Shown: piece after piece, positions 46,401-55,500 of the stretch
Numbering within the stretch: position 1 is the stretch's first letter
Layout: every line of letters begins with the position of its first letter
From: a virus
Direction: 5' to 3' (one strand)
Length of the DNA stretch: 64,000 nucleotides
IMG/VR virus record: IMGVR_UViG_3300023184_000072
Coordinates: 1 to 64,000 of that record
Translations under genes and position numbers: made by a program
The notes under the pieces: generated by a model
Database searches by the model: none
Told to the model about the DNA's origin: nothing
What the model saw: the letters and a program-made list of their open reading frames with translations, nothing else

Positions 46401-47481
46401 GTATAGGTTTTTTAATAGGTGCAAGTCTTCCTGTAGGAGTTTCTCTATGTTGTACAGGTGTACGTGATTGAGAACTATTTTTAGGAGGAGTACTTCTTAA
46501 GTTTTCTTTTTTGAATCTAGGATCATTTAATTCACTTAATAGTTTTGTGTTATCTTTAGCAGATCCTGTTGTATATCCAAGTCTTTTAGCTTCACTCCAT
46601 GGAAGTCCTGTTTTTGCAACCCAGTTATCTCTAGCAGATTTACTATCAATTTTAGGTGATTGTTTGATTGGTTGAATATCACTATCAGTCATATCATAAT
46701 AATCATATCCTTCAGAATCTTTTCCCATTCCTTCTACAAATCCTTCTTGAGCTTTTTGAATGTTTAAACCATCTCTACCCACTCCTCTTAATATATCATA
46801 TCCTGTACCTTGAGAAGGATAGAACATATTTGTAGAAGCAGTATAGTTTTCTGGTCTATCTAATACATGTTTTTGATAACGATCATTTACATCAGTAGAT
46901 TTACTTAATTCTTCCATAGGTTTAAGTAAAGCTTCTTGCTGTTGAAGAGATTTTTTTTGTTTTCTTTCTGCTGCAAAAGCATTAAAAATTCCTGGAATAG
47001 CACCTGCTATACCTGCAACCATTTGAGGAGATATAGCACTTGAACCTTCACCTTTATAATCTTTACCACCAAGTCCACCTGTTACAGATTTATCTTCACC
47101 AAATACACCATTAGAAATTTTTCCAATTCCTTTTTGTATTGCTGGATTATTTTGCATAAACTGTTGTCCATAGTTTTGCATAGCAAAAGGATTACCTGAA
47201 GATTGAAAAGTATTACCAGCCATCTGTTGTGTACTAGGTGCACCAAATGATGGAGTGGATGACATATTACTACCAAAGTTCCATTGGTTCTGTGGACCAA
47301 ATGATTGTCCAAAATAATTTGGACTACCAGGAGTATTTGTTGCATTGTAGTATCCTGATTGTGCTTTCTTAATAGACTTAGCTTCAGGGTGAGCTTTAAA
47401 GAAAGCTGCTTCTGTTGGATACTTCTTGTAAAATGCTGCTTCAGATTTTACTCCTGCAATTTTTAAAATTTGTGACTTCAT
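43432..47481 (-). CDS. Low-complexity modular cargo-like virion protein with KAQxG / xxGG motifs (1349 aa)
   Basis: KKAQSG, QKAQEG, YKDGG, YADGG (x2), RKEGG, YRAGG, MKDGG, AKNG (x2), KAQDG, ARDG; Gly/Ala-rich hydrophobic segments. Confidence 0.65.
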   Translation of the reverse strand: MKSQILKIAGVKSEAAFYKKYPTEAAFFKAHPEAKSIKKAQSGYYNATNTPGSPNYFGQSFGPQNQWNFGSNMSSTPSFGAPSTQQMAGNTFQSSGNPFAMQNYGQQFMQNNPAIQKGIGKISNGVFGEDKSVTGGLGGKDYKGEGSSAISPQMVAGIAGAIPGIFNAFAAERKQKKSLQQQEALLKPMEELSKSTDVNDRYQKHVLDRPENYTASTNMFYPSQGTGYDILRGVGRDGLNIQKAQEGFVEGMGKDSEGYDYYDMTDSDIQPIKQSPKIDSKSARDNWVAKTGLPWSEAKRLGYTTGSAKDNTKLLSELNDPRFKKENLRSTPPKNSSQSRTPVQHRETPTGRLAPIKKPIQSYEDFFKGKPKYKGSDAMLSTDKRNQTQREEEAKRSQAEYDDYLLGERPLYYMAHPSKAFGDFKSVLNPSGTREDETSEAFRKEVMANRYNPNKTDKQRILSHIKKGLKLTPKAALNAATLLSGLPEVSYEAFPTAIGEGAGSRAAGYLGQGAKQLGQAAPRMLNQPFTPNFVMYKDGGEISNTFAPGTLYDDLDQVKQYADGGDLEGAAGGGMDIMGPINSLGSNLIGAGYNNNAGFQAAGALAPLADMAFPGAGLALQLVGGGLDQAFGDAGKINKLTQSNANTQQRIMDNSMWKNMGQFGSVRKEGGWVSNDWNPQVIAMFGDHTAEDFADYAHKYRAGGHLKEYTPPSERAMETYADGGELKTHWGGNLPGGEGVKPVSYNPYSEGEGLTYNAYGNSHFQKDEQGRTGIGLSIMKDGGDMGDEPDVEIETNEPISITNDGAVVYGNLNTNKDLLEQFQLPEKYANKKVKHVVNNIIVPQEKKYTGELEKITSDVPKSNTAIGALGDKTKEVQTLGLNMKLKQLAKDKENLAAYQDHIHQTTDFLTNLLGKEVSQEKFAKNGEVSHTLAKGELSQVAKNGKTIKAQDGTYAVKGTLPGSIDYNAPDTAGDIFKGSNYETQWGPKRDKAFSDPTIAKQLISDLENYSGQDAEDVKAVLNKEKTMSGKIAKAYELASDKKVGPYHTILNSIIDKNATPAVAPTITPTPTKPAATELEAIEETPKKGFPWASAASSLIRGLYPAFNMPLGNQINPELYALANNQVEGLAENHMYSMLKTPYKYSADKDRNAVLSQAREAVKNSGNNPAAQSAIMASVADAMNQIGSKEFEINQQGYQGVYNDNINTVNQDRARNLGIDMDAANKLAQAKSNTKATTEAALTSLYAKEAANKKENMEYNIGMAEHPDYTFGPDGRIIKLPRYIDFDTTGKGVASGTKGKGLAAGKEFSYDSEGNIIGVHSKGKKSTARDGKTIKNKNLNSNIVKAFKNL

Positions 47482-47487
47482 AATATA

Positions 47488-50202
47488 TTAGTATTGGTCC
47501 AACCATCCACCTGGTTGTTTTGTGTTATAGTTTGTAAAGTTAGTTAATTGATCTAGATTAACCAAACCTTTTTGTTCTTGTCTTAATCCATTTTTAGCCA
47601 TAGGAAACTCTGTAACTTTCTTTCCTTTAAACTTATAGTTTTTTCCTGGCTTCATTAGTTTAGTATCTCCTTCATCTGATATACCAAGAACAGGATAAGG
47701 AACTCCTTCCATTGTTATATCATTAGAACCTATTTCTGTTATCTCTCCTGGATGATCCCATTGTCCTCTATCATCTTTAATGATTCCTCCATCTCTTTGT
47801 TTAATATATTCTCCTTTATTTTTTATAATAGTAGGTATATTTTCATTACCTGAATAATATGATAATGTAGCTCTATGGTGACCATCATTTATTTGATAAC
47901 TTCCATCTGGTAATTCGCTAATGTTAATTGGTTCTTTTTCTAAAAATTTTTGATATTTTGCAGCGTCATTAGGATTATTTTTTAAATGTTCAACCATCTC
48001 TTTAAGAGTAGGTTGACCTGGTTTTGCACTTTCTACTTCAATACCAATGCTTTTCAAAATATCTCTTGCTCCTTCTGATGTAGCACCTTGATTACCAATA
48101 CTACCACTTGGTTTACGAACATTGTTTAAATCAAATAATTCAAAATTATTATTAGGTAAATCATTAATATCTATAACAGATGAACTTCTTAATATAGAAC
48201 GAGGATCTTGTACAGGTGTGCTAGGATTCATTCTAGCTTTCTGTTCATTAAACCATTTTATATATTCATCTTCTTGATGTGGTATATACTCACCTATTTG
48301 AGATTCACCTATACGTGAGAAATATGGTTCTAAACCTTGTTCAGCCTCTGCAACATATGGTTTGTAATTACCTATTGATTCAGCAATTGTAGGAACTTTA
48401 TAATCTCCTACAATAGGTAAAACTCTTTTTGAATTTATAAAGTTTTTACCAGCATTTAATCCTTTTGAAATGTATGGTGCTAAAATTTCTTCACCTGCAC
48501 CAAATGCTAAAGGTTCTGCAAAAGCCATAGCAGCTTGTCCATAATTACCTCTATTAATATTATCTGGAAATGCACCTAGTTTATTAGCCATTGAACCTAA
48601 CCATGCAGCAGGATTTATATAATCATCAAATACATTATCATTTAAAGATAATCTCATATGTGTATCTATAGCACCATTAGCATCTTTAAAATCTTGTGTA
48701 GAATTAAATTGTCCTCTACCTTGAGCAAGTATCTCTTTACGCATTCTTGCTTTTCTTTCTAACTCTTTATCAGACAATCTTGCATCAGTTTCTCTTTCTG
48801 ACTGAGTTCTTTTATCAGTAGATAGCATTGCTTGATTAAGTGTGTTACCATAACCTGCAGCTTTACTTTTAGCTATAGCTGCTTTAAACTCTGCTAAAGA
48901 ATCTCTTGTACCTCCACCTACTTTTGTACCTCCTTGAGCTACATCATAACTATTTAACCATTCACCATCTTTTGCACTAGCCATTGTTTTCTTTGCATAT
49001 GGACCATTACTAGGAGCAGGAGATTGTGTACGTGCATAGGAGAAACCTACAGCTCCTGGAATAGAACCACCCATTGCATGTTTTTTATACATATTATCTT
49101 TATCTCTATATCCATCTGGAATTAGATTATTATCAGATAAATATTTTATTGTTTCACTTTTTTGTTTTTTAGACATAAAAGGAGTTGATCCAATAGTTGC
49201 TCCAACCATATTATTCAATTGATCTTCTGCTCCTTCTTTAATTGTATCCCACATACTATAAGGACGTTTAACTGTACCTCTGTTAGGTTCAATTAATTCA
49301 TGACCAAGTCCTGCTGCACTACCTCCTAAAAATCCTGCTGCTTGTGGTATTCCTATATATTGCATCCATGAAGGAAATTTATTTTGAATAGCTTCAGATG
49401 TAAATCTACCAGCCATTGGATGTCTAATATTATCTGTTTGATCTTCTCCTGGATCTGTATATTCATCAGCAGCTTGTTCAGCTTTTTGCATAGGATGATC
49501 TAACCAATCTTCTACTTTATCTTGAATATTTTTCTTTTTATTATTTTTCTTACCATTCTGTGCTTGAGGAACATAATTAACTGGATAGACAGATCCACCC
49601 ATTTGTTGTTTAAGAGCTGCTGGTTTTTTACGTAAAGGTTTTCTATCACCCATGTCTGAAAGCACACCATGTTTTTGAGCTTTTATTAAAAGATCATGTT
49701 GATTCTCTTCTGAGATAGGTAATGTTCCTACAATACTTCCTATAAAATTATTATACAAATCAGATCCATGTTCTTTCCAACTATTTGGTGCATTAAGTTC
49801 ATGAGCTGCTCCTGCAATATTAGTACCTATAATTTTCAATGGTGCAACCCCAGGAATAAAGTTTGTCCATCCAGGTAATGCAGAAGACATAGCAGCAGCA
49901 CTTGATGAATGTCTTATAGCATCTAATCCTCCATTATGTGAACCTGTATTAATTCCTTGTTGCTGAGCTCTTCTAGAAGCTCTTTCTTTTACTGGATCTA
50001 TATATTCTTTTAAAAGTTCTTTTTCTGTGTTACTAAATTTCTTTTTTAAATAACCACCAGTTTGAAACTGTCCACCCCATGCAGGAGAATAGTTTCTACC
50101 TACATTGCTATATCCATCTCCTTGAAAACCTTCAGGAGCAGAAGCTTGTGAATCATTGTAATTATCTTCTTCACCGTAATTATCTAACCAACCTTTTGCC
50201 AT
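47488..50202 (-). CDS. Modular cargo-like protein with two D..RH/HE/NN helical domains and a ParB/Srx-like domain (904 aa)
   Basis: DAIRH...HE...DLYNN.IG and DNIRH...HE...DQLNN.VG; PI.....DG.Y.I.DGHHR; segments delimited by QTGG, QMGG, AQNG, AMGG, AKDG, RDGG and AKNG. Confidence 0.65.
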   Translation of the reverse strand: MAKGWLDNYGEEDNYNDSQASAPEGFQGDGYSNVGRNYSPAWGGQFQTGGYLKKKFSNTEKELLKEYIDPVKERASRRAQQQGINTGSHNGGLDAIRHSSSAAAMSSALPGWTNFIPGVAPLKIIGTNIAGAAHELNAPNSWKEHGSDLYNNFIGSIVGTLPISEENQHDLLIKAQKHGVLSDMGDRKPLRKKPAALKQQMGGSVYPVNYVPQAQNGKKNNKKKNIQDKVEDWLDHPMQKAEQAADEYTDPGEDQTDNIRHPMAGRFTSEAIQNKFPSWMQYIGIPQAAGFLGGSAAGLGHELIEPNRGTVKRPYSMWDTIKEGAEDQLNNMVGATIGSTPFMSKKQKSETIKYLSDNNLIPDGYRDKDNMYKKHAMGGSIPGAVGFSYARTQSPAPSNGPYAKKTMASAKDGEWLNSYDVAQGGTKVGGGTRDSLAEFKAAIAKSKAAGYGNTLNQAMLSTDKRTQSERETDARLSDKELERKARMRKEILAQGRGQFNSTQDFKDANGAIDTHMRLSLNDNVFDDYINPAAWLGSMANKLGAFPDNINRGNYGQAAMAFAEPLAFGAGEEILAPYISKGLNAGKNFINSKRVLPIVGDYKVPTIAESIGNYKPYVAEAEQGLEPYFSRIGESQIGEYIPHQEDEYIKWFNEQKARMNPSTPVQDPRSILRSSSVIDINDLPNNNFELFDLNNVRKPSGSIGNQGATSEGARDILKSIGIEVESAKPGQPTLKEMVEHLKNNPNDAAKYQKFLEKEPINISELPDGSYQINDGHHRATLSYYSGNENIPTIIKNKGEYIKQRDGGIIKDDRGQWDHPGEITEIGSNDITMEGVPYPVLGISDEGDTKLMKPGKNYKFKGKKVTEFPMAKNGLRQEQKGLVNLDQLTNFTNYNTKQPGGWLDQY

Positions 50203-51068
50203 TACTTATAAGATATTTGAGATGGGGTTACTATGAATTGACTAACTAAATGTATATCAGCTCTATTATCAAGAATGTGTCTCACCTTTAAATCTTTTGC
50301 TCTTAGAGGAGATTTCTTAAAACTTCTAGGACCATAATCCATATTGGCTTGATTAACTGCTTTATCCACTGAAAGACTCTCACATGATGTATAGAACAAT
50401 GGAACTTGAGAACTTTTCTCTAATGCCCAGAATGTATTATACTGATAGAAGTTATCACTCTTAGTGTAAGTGATAGTTTTACTTTCAGCGTTAAAGATAG
50501 GGTATTGATTGTAAGCTTGCAAGTTATGCATTGGTTTTGCAACTAACTCAAGAACACCAGAACTCTGTTGTCCATTATATAGAATAGCTTTATTAAACCA
50601 TTTGTTGTTTGTTTCTATTCTTACATTATCATTAAAGACACCATCAGGTATAGGAAGATATTCATATGCCTTTGTATAGTCTTTTACATTCTGTAAGATT
50701 TCATCTTGATAGTTGTAAGCAAATGGATATTCAATAACATATGGTTCTATGTTTCCATAGAATATATTGTATATCTCTATGTTAGTTAAATGTCTCCATA
50801 CACATCCTGTAACAGATTGTGTGTATTTTATATTTGCATATTCTGCAATATTAAAATCTTTCAATTGTATAGTGAAAGATGTTTTACATTTACCTAAAGA
50901 TACTAATATCACTGCATATACACTACTATCTACAACATAACTCACTCCTTGTATTAATGCTTTCTTAGGAACATTCTCAGCTATAATGTTTCCATATATA
51001 TCCGTAATGTTAAATGGTCCAACATTTGGTCCAGTCTGTACTAACTTTATGGTTATAACTTTTGTCAT
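50202..51068 (-). CDS. Tail stabilization protein, C-terminal part, with N-terminal GPF beta module
   Basis: WRH....Y..FYG...PY.IE, FNKAILYN.QQ.SG.L.L and R.K...VR.I.DN resemble the C-terminus of crAss-like stabilization proteins. Confidence 0.55.
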   Translation of the reverse strand: MTKVITIKLVQTGPNVGPFNITDIYGNIIAENVPKKALIQGVSYVVDSSVYAVILVSLGKCKTSFTIQLKDFNIAEYANIKYTQSVTGCVWRHLTNIEIYNIFYGNIEPYVIEYPFAYNYQDEILQNVKDYTKAYEYLPIPDGVFNDNVRIETNNKWFNKAILYNGQQSSGVLELVAKPMHNLQAYNQYPIFNAESKTITYTKSDNFYQYNTFWALEKSSQVPLFYTSCESLSVDKAVNQANMDYGPRSFKKSPLRAKDLKVRHILDNRADIHLVSQFIVTPSQISYK

Positions 51069-51069
51069 A

Positions 51070-52578
51070 TTAAGGGGTAGTTGTAGTGGTAGTTGTTGTA
51101 GAAGAAGAACTAGATGTAGTGGTAGTAGTTAATGGTATCTCAGCAGAGAAACAAGATGAAACTTGTGTAATTGAAATTGGATTATAAGTAAATGTTTCTG
51201 CAGGTAATAAATCATATGGATTAGTTTTATCTAATAACCAAGATGCACCTTCTGTATCTACAATAAATAACCAACAATTACATTCGTATAAGTTAGCAGG
51301 AGTAATTGCAGTTATTTCTATATCATATTCTATTGTTCCTAATGGATAATCATATTGTGTTAAATAGTAACTACTAGTCATACTATCTTGATTGATCAAT
51401 AATAATTTACTATTACTTGTAAGAATTAAATTACCAATAGCTATTCTATTTGTAATTAAAGTAAATATAGATGTTAATGCTTCTGTATCCATATTTATTT
51501 CAACCACTTCATTAGTTGTATCATTCACTGCTATTACTACATCATCATTTTTAGCAGTGATTCCAGAGTTGATTGTAAATCCTACAGGAAATGCAATATT
51601 TTTATTATATGTAGCATCAAAAGGAATAAGTGTTATATCCCATTGATGGAACTCTGTATCAACACTCCATAAATAATTTTTAGTCATTGCTATTCCTATT
51701 CCAGGAGTGTAGTTAGGAACATTAAGTAATTCCATAGGTTGTCCTAAATTATGATAATATATATTTGTTCCTGAACTAATTAGTGCTGTACAACAATTAT
51801 CTATATATGGAGCAGTGGTTGTACTAGTTGTTGTAGCATTACAATCACAATCTACAATTTCTAATATAACACCACCTGATACACGATATGCAAATTTACC
51901 ATATACACTTTCTTCAGTGTAATACCATCCATCAGGAACAAATGTACAATCTGTTAAAGTGGAATCGTAATAAACAATTTGATTAACTTCATAAGAAGCA
52001 GCTTGTGTACTAAATCCTGTTACTGTAACACCTAAAGGTTGTAAAATTAAAAATGAAACTGCATTACAAACATCTTGTAAACTATTTGATGAAACTACTG
52101 CTGGTTCTGTTCCAACTTGATAACCTGTACCAAAATTATTAGATTGTAAATTAGAAGGTCTTTGGCATATAGTGGTAGTAGTTGTAGCAGGAACTGTAAT
52201 AATTGCTGTACCATCCATGTTACAATCTGTTATAATTATTCTTCCATCTATACCACAATCTAATGTTGTTGTACTTGTAGTGGTAGAAGGAGAAGGATAG
52301 TATGTTGTAGTGGTACTAGTCATAGGTGGATTCTTATCCATCACTCCAGCAATAGCTTGAAACCCACCAGCTAACCCATCATCACAACATCCATTAAGTC
52401 CTGAATAGAAGAAGTTATTCTCTCCTATATAGAAGTTAGGAATATAGCTATGAAAGGATATCCATTTTTGAGTGTTTAAATTATACGACATAGTCCAACT
52501 CTTATTACAAAAGTATTCGGGATCTTCAAGATAAACTTGTGTACGTATAACTACTTTATTTATATTATCTTCAGCCAT
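51070..52578 (-). CDS. Tail stabilization protein, middle part, fused to Thr/Cys-rich modules
   Basis: N-terminal L.D..YF.NKSWT.SY.....WISFHSY.P.FY; then Thr runs, Cys modules, a beta-rich domain and a poly-Thr end. Confidence 0.6.
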   Translation of the reverse strand: MAEDNINKVVIRTQVYLEDPEYFCNKSWTMSYNLNTQKWISFHSYIPNFYIGENNFFYSGLNGCCDDGLAGGFQAIAGVMDKNPPMTSTTTTYYPSPSTTTSTTTLDCGIDGRIIITDCNMDGTAIITVPATTTTTICQRPSNLQSNNFGTGYQVGTEPAVVSSNSLQDVCNAVSFLILQPLGVTVTGFSTQAASYEVNQIVYYDSTLTDCTFVPDGWYYTEESVYGKFAYRVSGGVILEIVDCDCNATTTSTTTAPYIDNCCTALISSGTNIYYHNLGQPMELLNVPNYTPGIGIAMTKNYLWSVDTEFHQWDITLIPFDATYNKNIAFPVGFTINSGITAKNDDVVIAVNDTTNEVVEINMDTEALTSIFTLITNRIAIGNLILTSNSKLLLINQDSMTSSYYLTQYDYPLGTIEYDIEITAITPANLYECNCWLFIVDTEGASWLLDKTNPYDLLPAETFTYNPISITQVSSCFSAEIPLTTTTTSSSSSTTTTTTTTP

Positions 52579-52589
52579 TGGATTAATCT

Positions 52590-55500
52590 TTATGAAGTTG
52601 TGGTAGTTGTTGTAGTAGGTTGAATTATATCATATACTGTCTCAATATAAAACTCTCTTTTTACAGGATCATATTTAACATCTTTATCAATAGGAATATA
52701 ATCTAGTTTAGTAATAATAACTCTTTCAAATTTACTATCATATACTCCATGTAATCCAATACCATTAAAATTATTATCTATATCTACTTTTGGAAAGTAT
52801 CTTTGTATTTCAAATGATAAATGATCTGTCATAAATCTATTTACACCAGAACCAAATCCCCCTATCTCATTAATCTTTACACCTTCAATTAAAAATATCT
52901 GTCCTCTTTTAGCATCTACTGTAACTTGTCCTTGTGGAATTTTAAGAAAGAATTTATTTTGACTTCCTACAAATCCAAGATCTGTTTCAGCAAAATCAAT
53001 AGGTGGAGTTTCTCCAAATAATTTAGTTCCTCCTAAATAAGCAGCTTTTGGATTTGTAGAATTCATTGTTAATAAGTTATTATATAACAATGATTTATTT
53101 TCAAATCTAGCAAGTACAGCTTTGTTTTGAATACCATCTAATGATATAAGATTTCCATAGTTTTGAGGAAAATCAAATAAAGCTGTTGGAGAATATCTTA
53201 ACCAATTATTAACTCTTACATCTACATTCTGTTCTTGTGCATCAGAGTAAATAGCTCTAAATGGATAGTTTGTAAAACATAATTGATTAGTCCAATCTGC
53301 AGGAAGATGACTGAAATAATTTTCTTTATTCTGTTTAGAATATGTTGGATTATAATGATATGTATTATCAAATGTAATAGGTACAAATGTTTCTTGTACC
53401 CAGTTATCAGGAATACCTGTTGTTACATGTGGCCAAAAATCACCTTCTCTATTATTAAATGCTTGTCTTAAATCTGTATTATAAGAACTCTCGCAATAGA
53501 AGTTAGGAATACCATATGCAAATAAATAAAAGTATCCATCATAATAAGTTCTATATGTTCCATTTATCCCATCAATTCCTTCAGAAATTTTAGCAGGGTC
53601 TGTAGGACAATCAAAACTATGTGCTTTAACTGATATTATATTTTTAAAATTACGACCATCTCTATTGAAGTCATATAATATAGATCTAGATGAATGCCAA
53701 TATTTAGGATAGGCAATATTACCTAACTCATCATAAAATATTTCTGAATCATCTGGAGAATTAACTCTATTATCTATAAAGAATGGAAGCTTAGTTTTGA
53801 ATGCAAAACGAGAGATGAATGTATCACCACCAAATACAGTGAATGATGATTTATAATTTGGAGAATTAAATATTTGTTGTGCTCCAGTATCAACAGTTTG
53901 ATATGAATATATTTGTCCCCATTGATTAGTTATTACATTTTTTAAAGATGCATAATAAGAAACAACTGTTATATCTTTTTGATTTTCTGGAGAGTTACAA
54001 TTATCAAAATCTGTTATTGTTTTTCTAGATATATCTGTTATATAAGGAATTGTTCCATTTAATAAAGATGGTGTTTCACTAGGAAACAATAATGGATCTA
54101 CAACATTACTATTTCTTTTTTCTAATGTCTTTAAGTATATAGATGTTTCTCTTTGATAATTGTTTATACTAATTCCACTTGGTTCCCCAACAGATTGAAC
54201 AACAGGAATTAAATATTGTTTTAAGTCAAGTTCTCTTTGTTTAATACCAGTGCTATTCCCAACAGTAACATTATTATCTATATCTGCAGAATAATCATAA
54301 CTAGCTATAGAGTTATATGAATAAGCATAATTTTTTCTTAATATACCATTTATAAAAAGTTGTAAATAAGTTTGGTATCCTGTAAACATTGCTATTGCAT
54401 TGAAAGGATCAGTAATTGCTGCAATATTATAAGAACTGTTTAAAGCATCTTTTTGAGCTTCATATGAAAGAAGTCTATATTTTGCATTACTTCTAACATT
54501 AACATGATGAGCAGTTCCTGCACCATACATTACATTCTCTAGTTTAAGAATACTTCCTAAGAAAGGTTGTCCAAAAGATGTTTCTGGAGAATTAAATACT
54601 TGTCTATATTTAAGATCTTTTTTTGCAGGATTAAAAGAATCTATAGGAATTTCTTTTCCACAGTCTTTTGTGCTTCTTCTTCCAATTGTAGGATTATAAA
54701 TATCACCACCTGGACCAAAATCAAATACACCTGGAGCACTTGTTACATTACCTTGTTTTTGTTTACTATAAGCACATTGACATCCAACAGGACTCCAATC
54801 ACCATTTATACCTCTATTACTACAATCATCACCTGGAGCATCATCAACATTTACTCTTGAATACACATCACCTCCTCCTGCAAACCAACCATTACCTTTT
54901 ACCCAAGGATCTTTATAAATATATGTAGAATTATTATTTGTAAAAGGATCATTCCATTGTACATGAAATCCTCTACAACCTATAGATTCTGTATTCCATA
55001 CATCATAATTTGCAGGACCTATATACATAGTATCTGGATAATTAGCAAATGGTCTTGTTCCAGAACATATTTCTATCATCTCACCAACTGGTACTTCTAT
55101 AGTTGTAGGTCTTCCTGTTTCTAAACTTGTATATACATATGTAGGAACTTTAGTTAGATCATTAGTCACTCCTTTATAACAATATATAATCCATGGTTTA
55201 GCTTCTTGAATCCATGCATTATTTGTTTCATCTATAAATGGATCTACATTAAGATCATTATATGGATAGTTTGGATAATAGTAGTCTTGATTTTCTCTTT
55301 TATAAGATCCAACATTTCTAAGAATACCTTTTGCTATAATTGATTTATTGGTTGATCTATCTCCTCTTATTATTTTAAATCCAACAATATTATCTTTCTG
55401 CTCTTGTGTAAGAGAAGATGTTTGTATTAGTGAATGAATTTGATAAGAATCTACATTAATACCTAATGGATATACTGAATCATTTTGCATTACCACTTTA

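Noticed and set aside
51066-52592. Programmed readthrough, intron or intein joining the split stabilization ORFs
   Set aside because: Junction gaps are only 11 nt and 1 nt with frame changes and proper ATG starts; no intron-sized spacer or intein motifs
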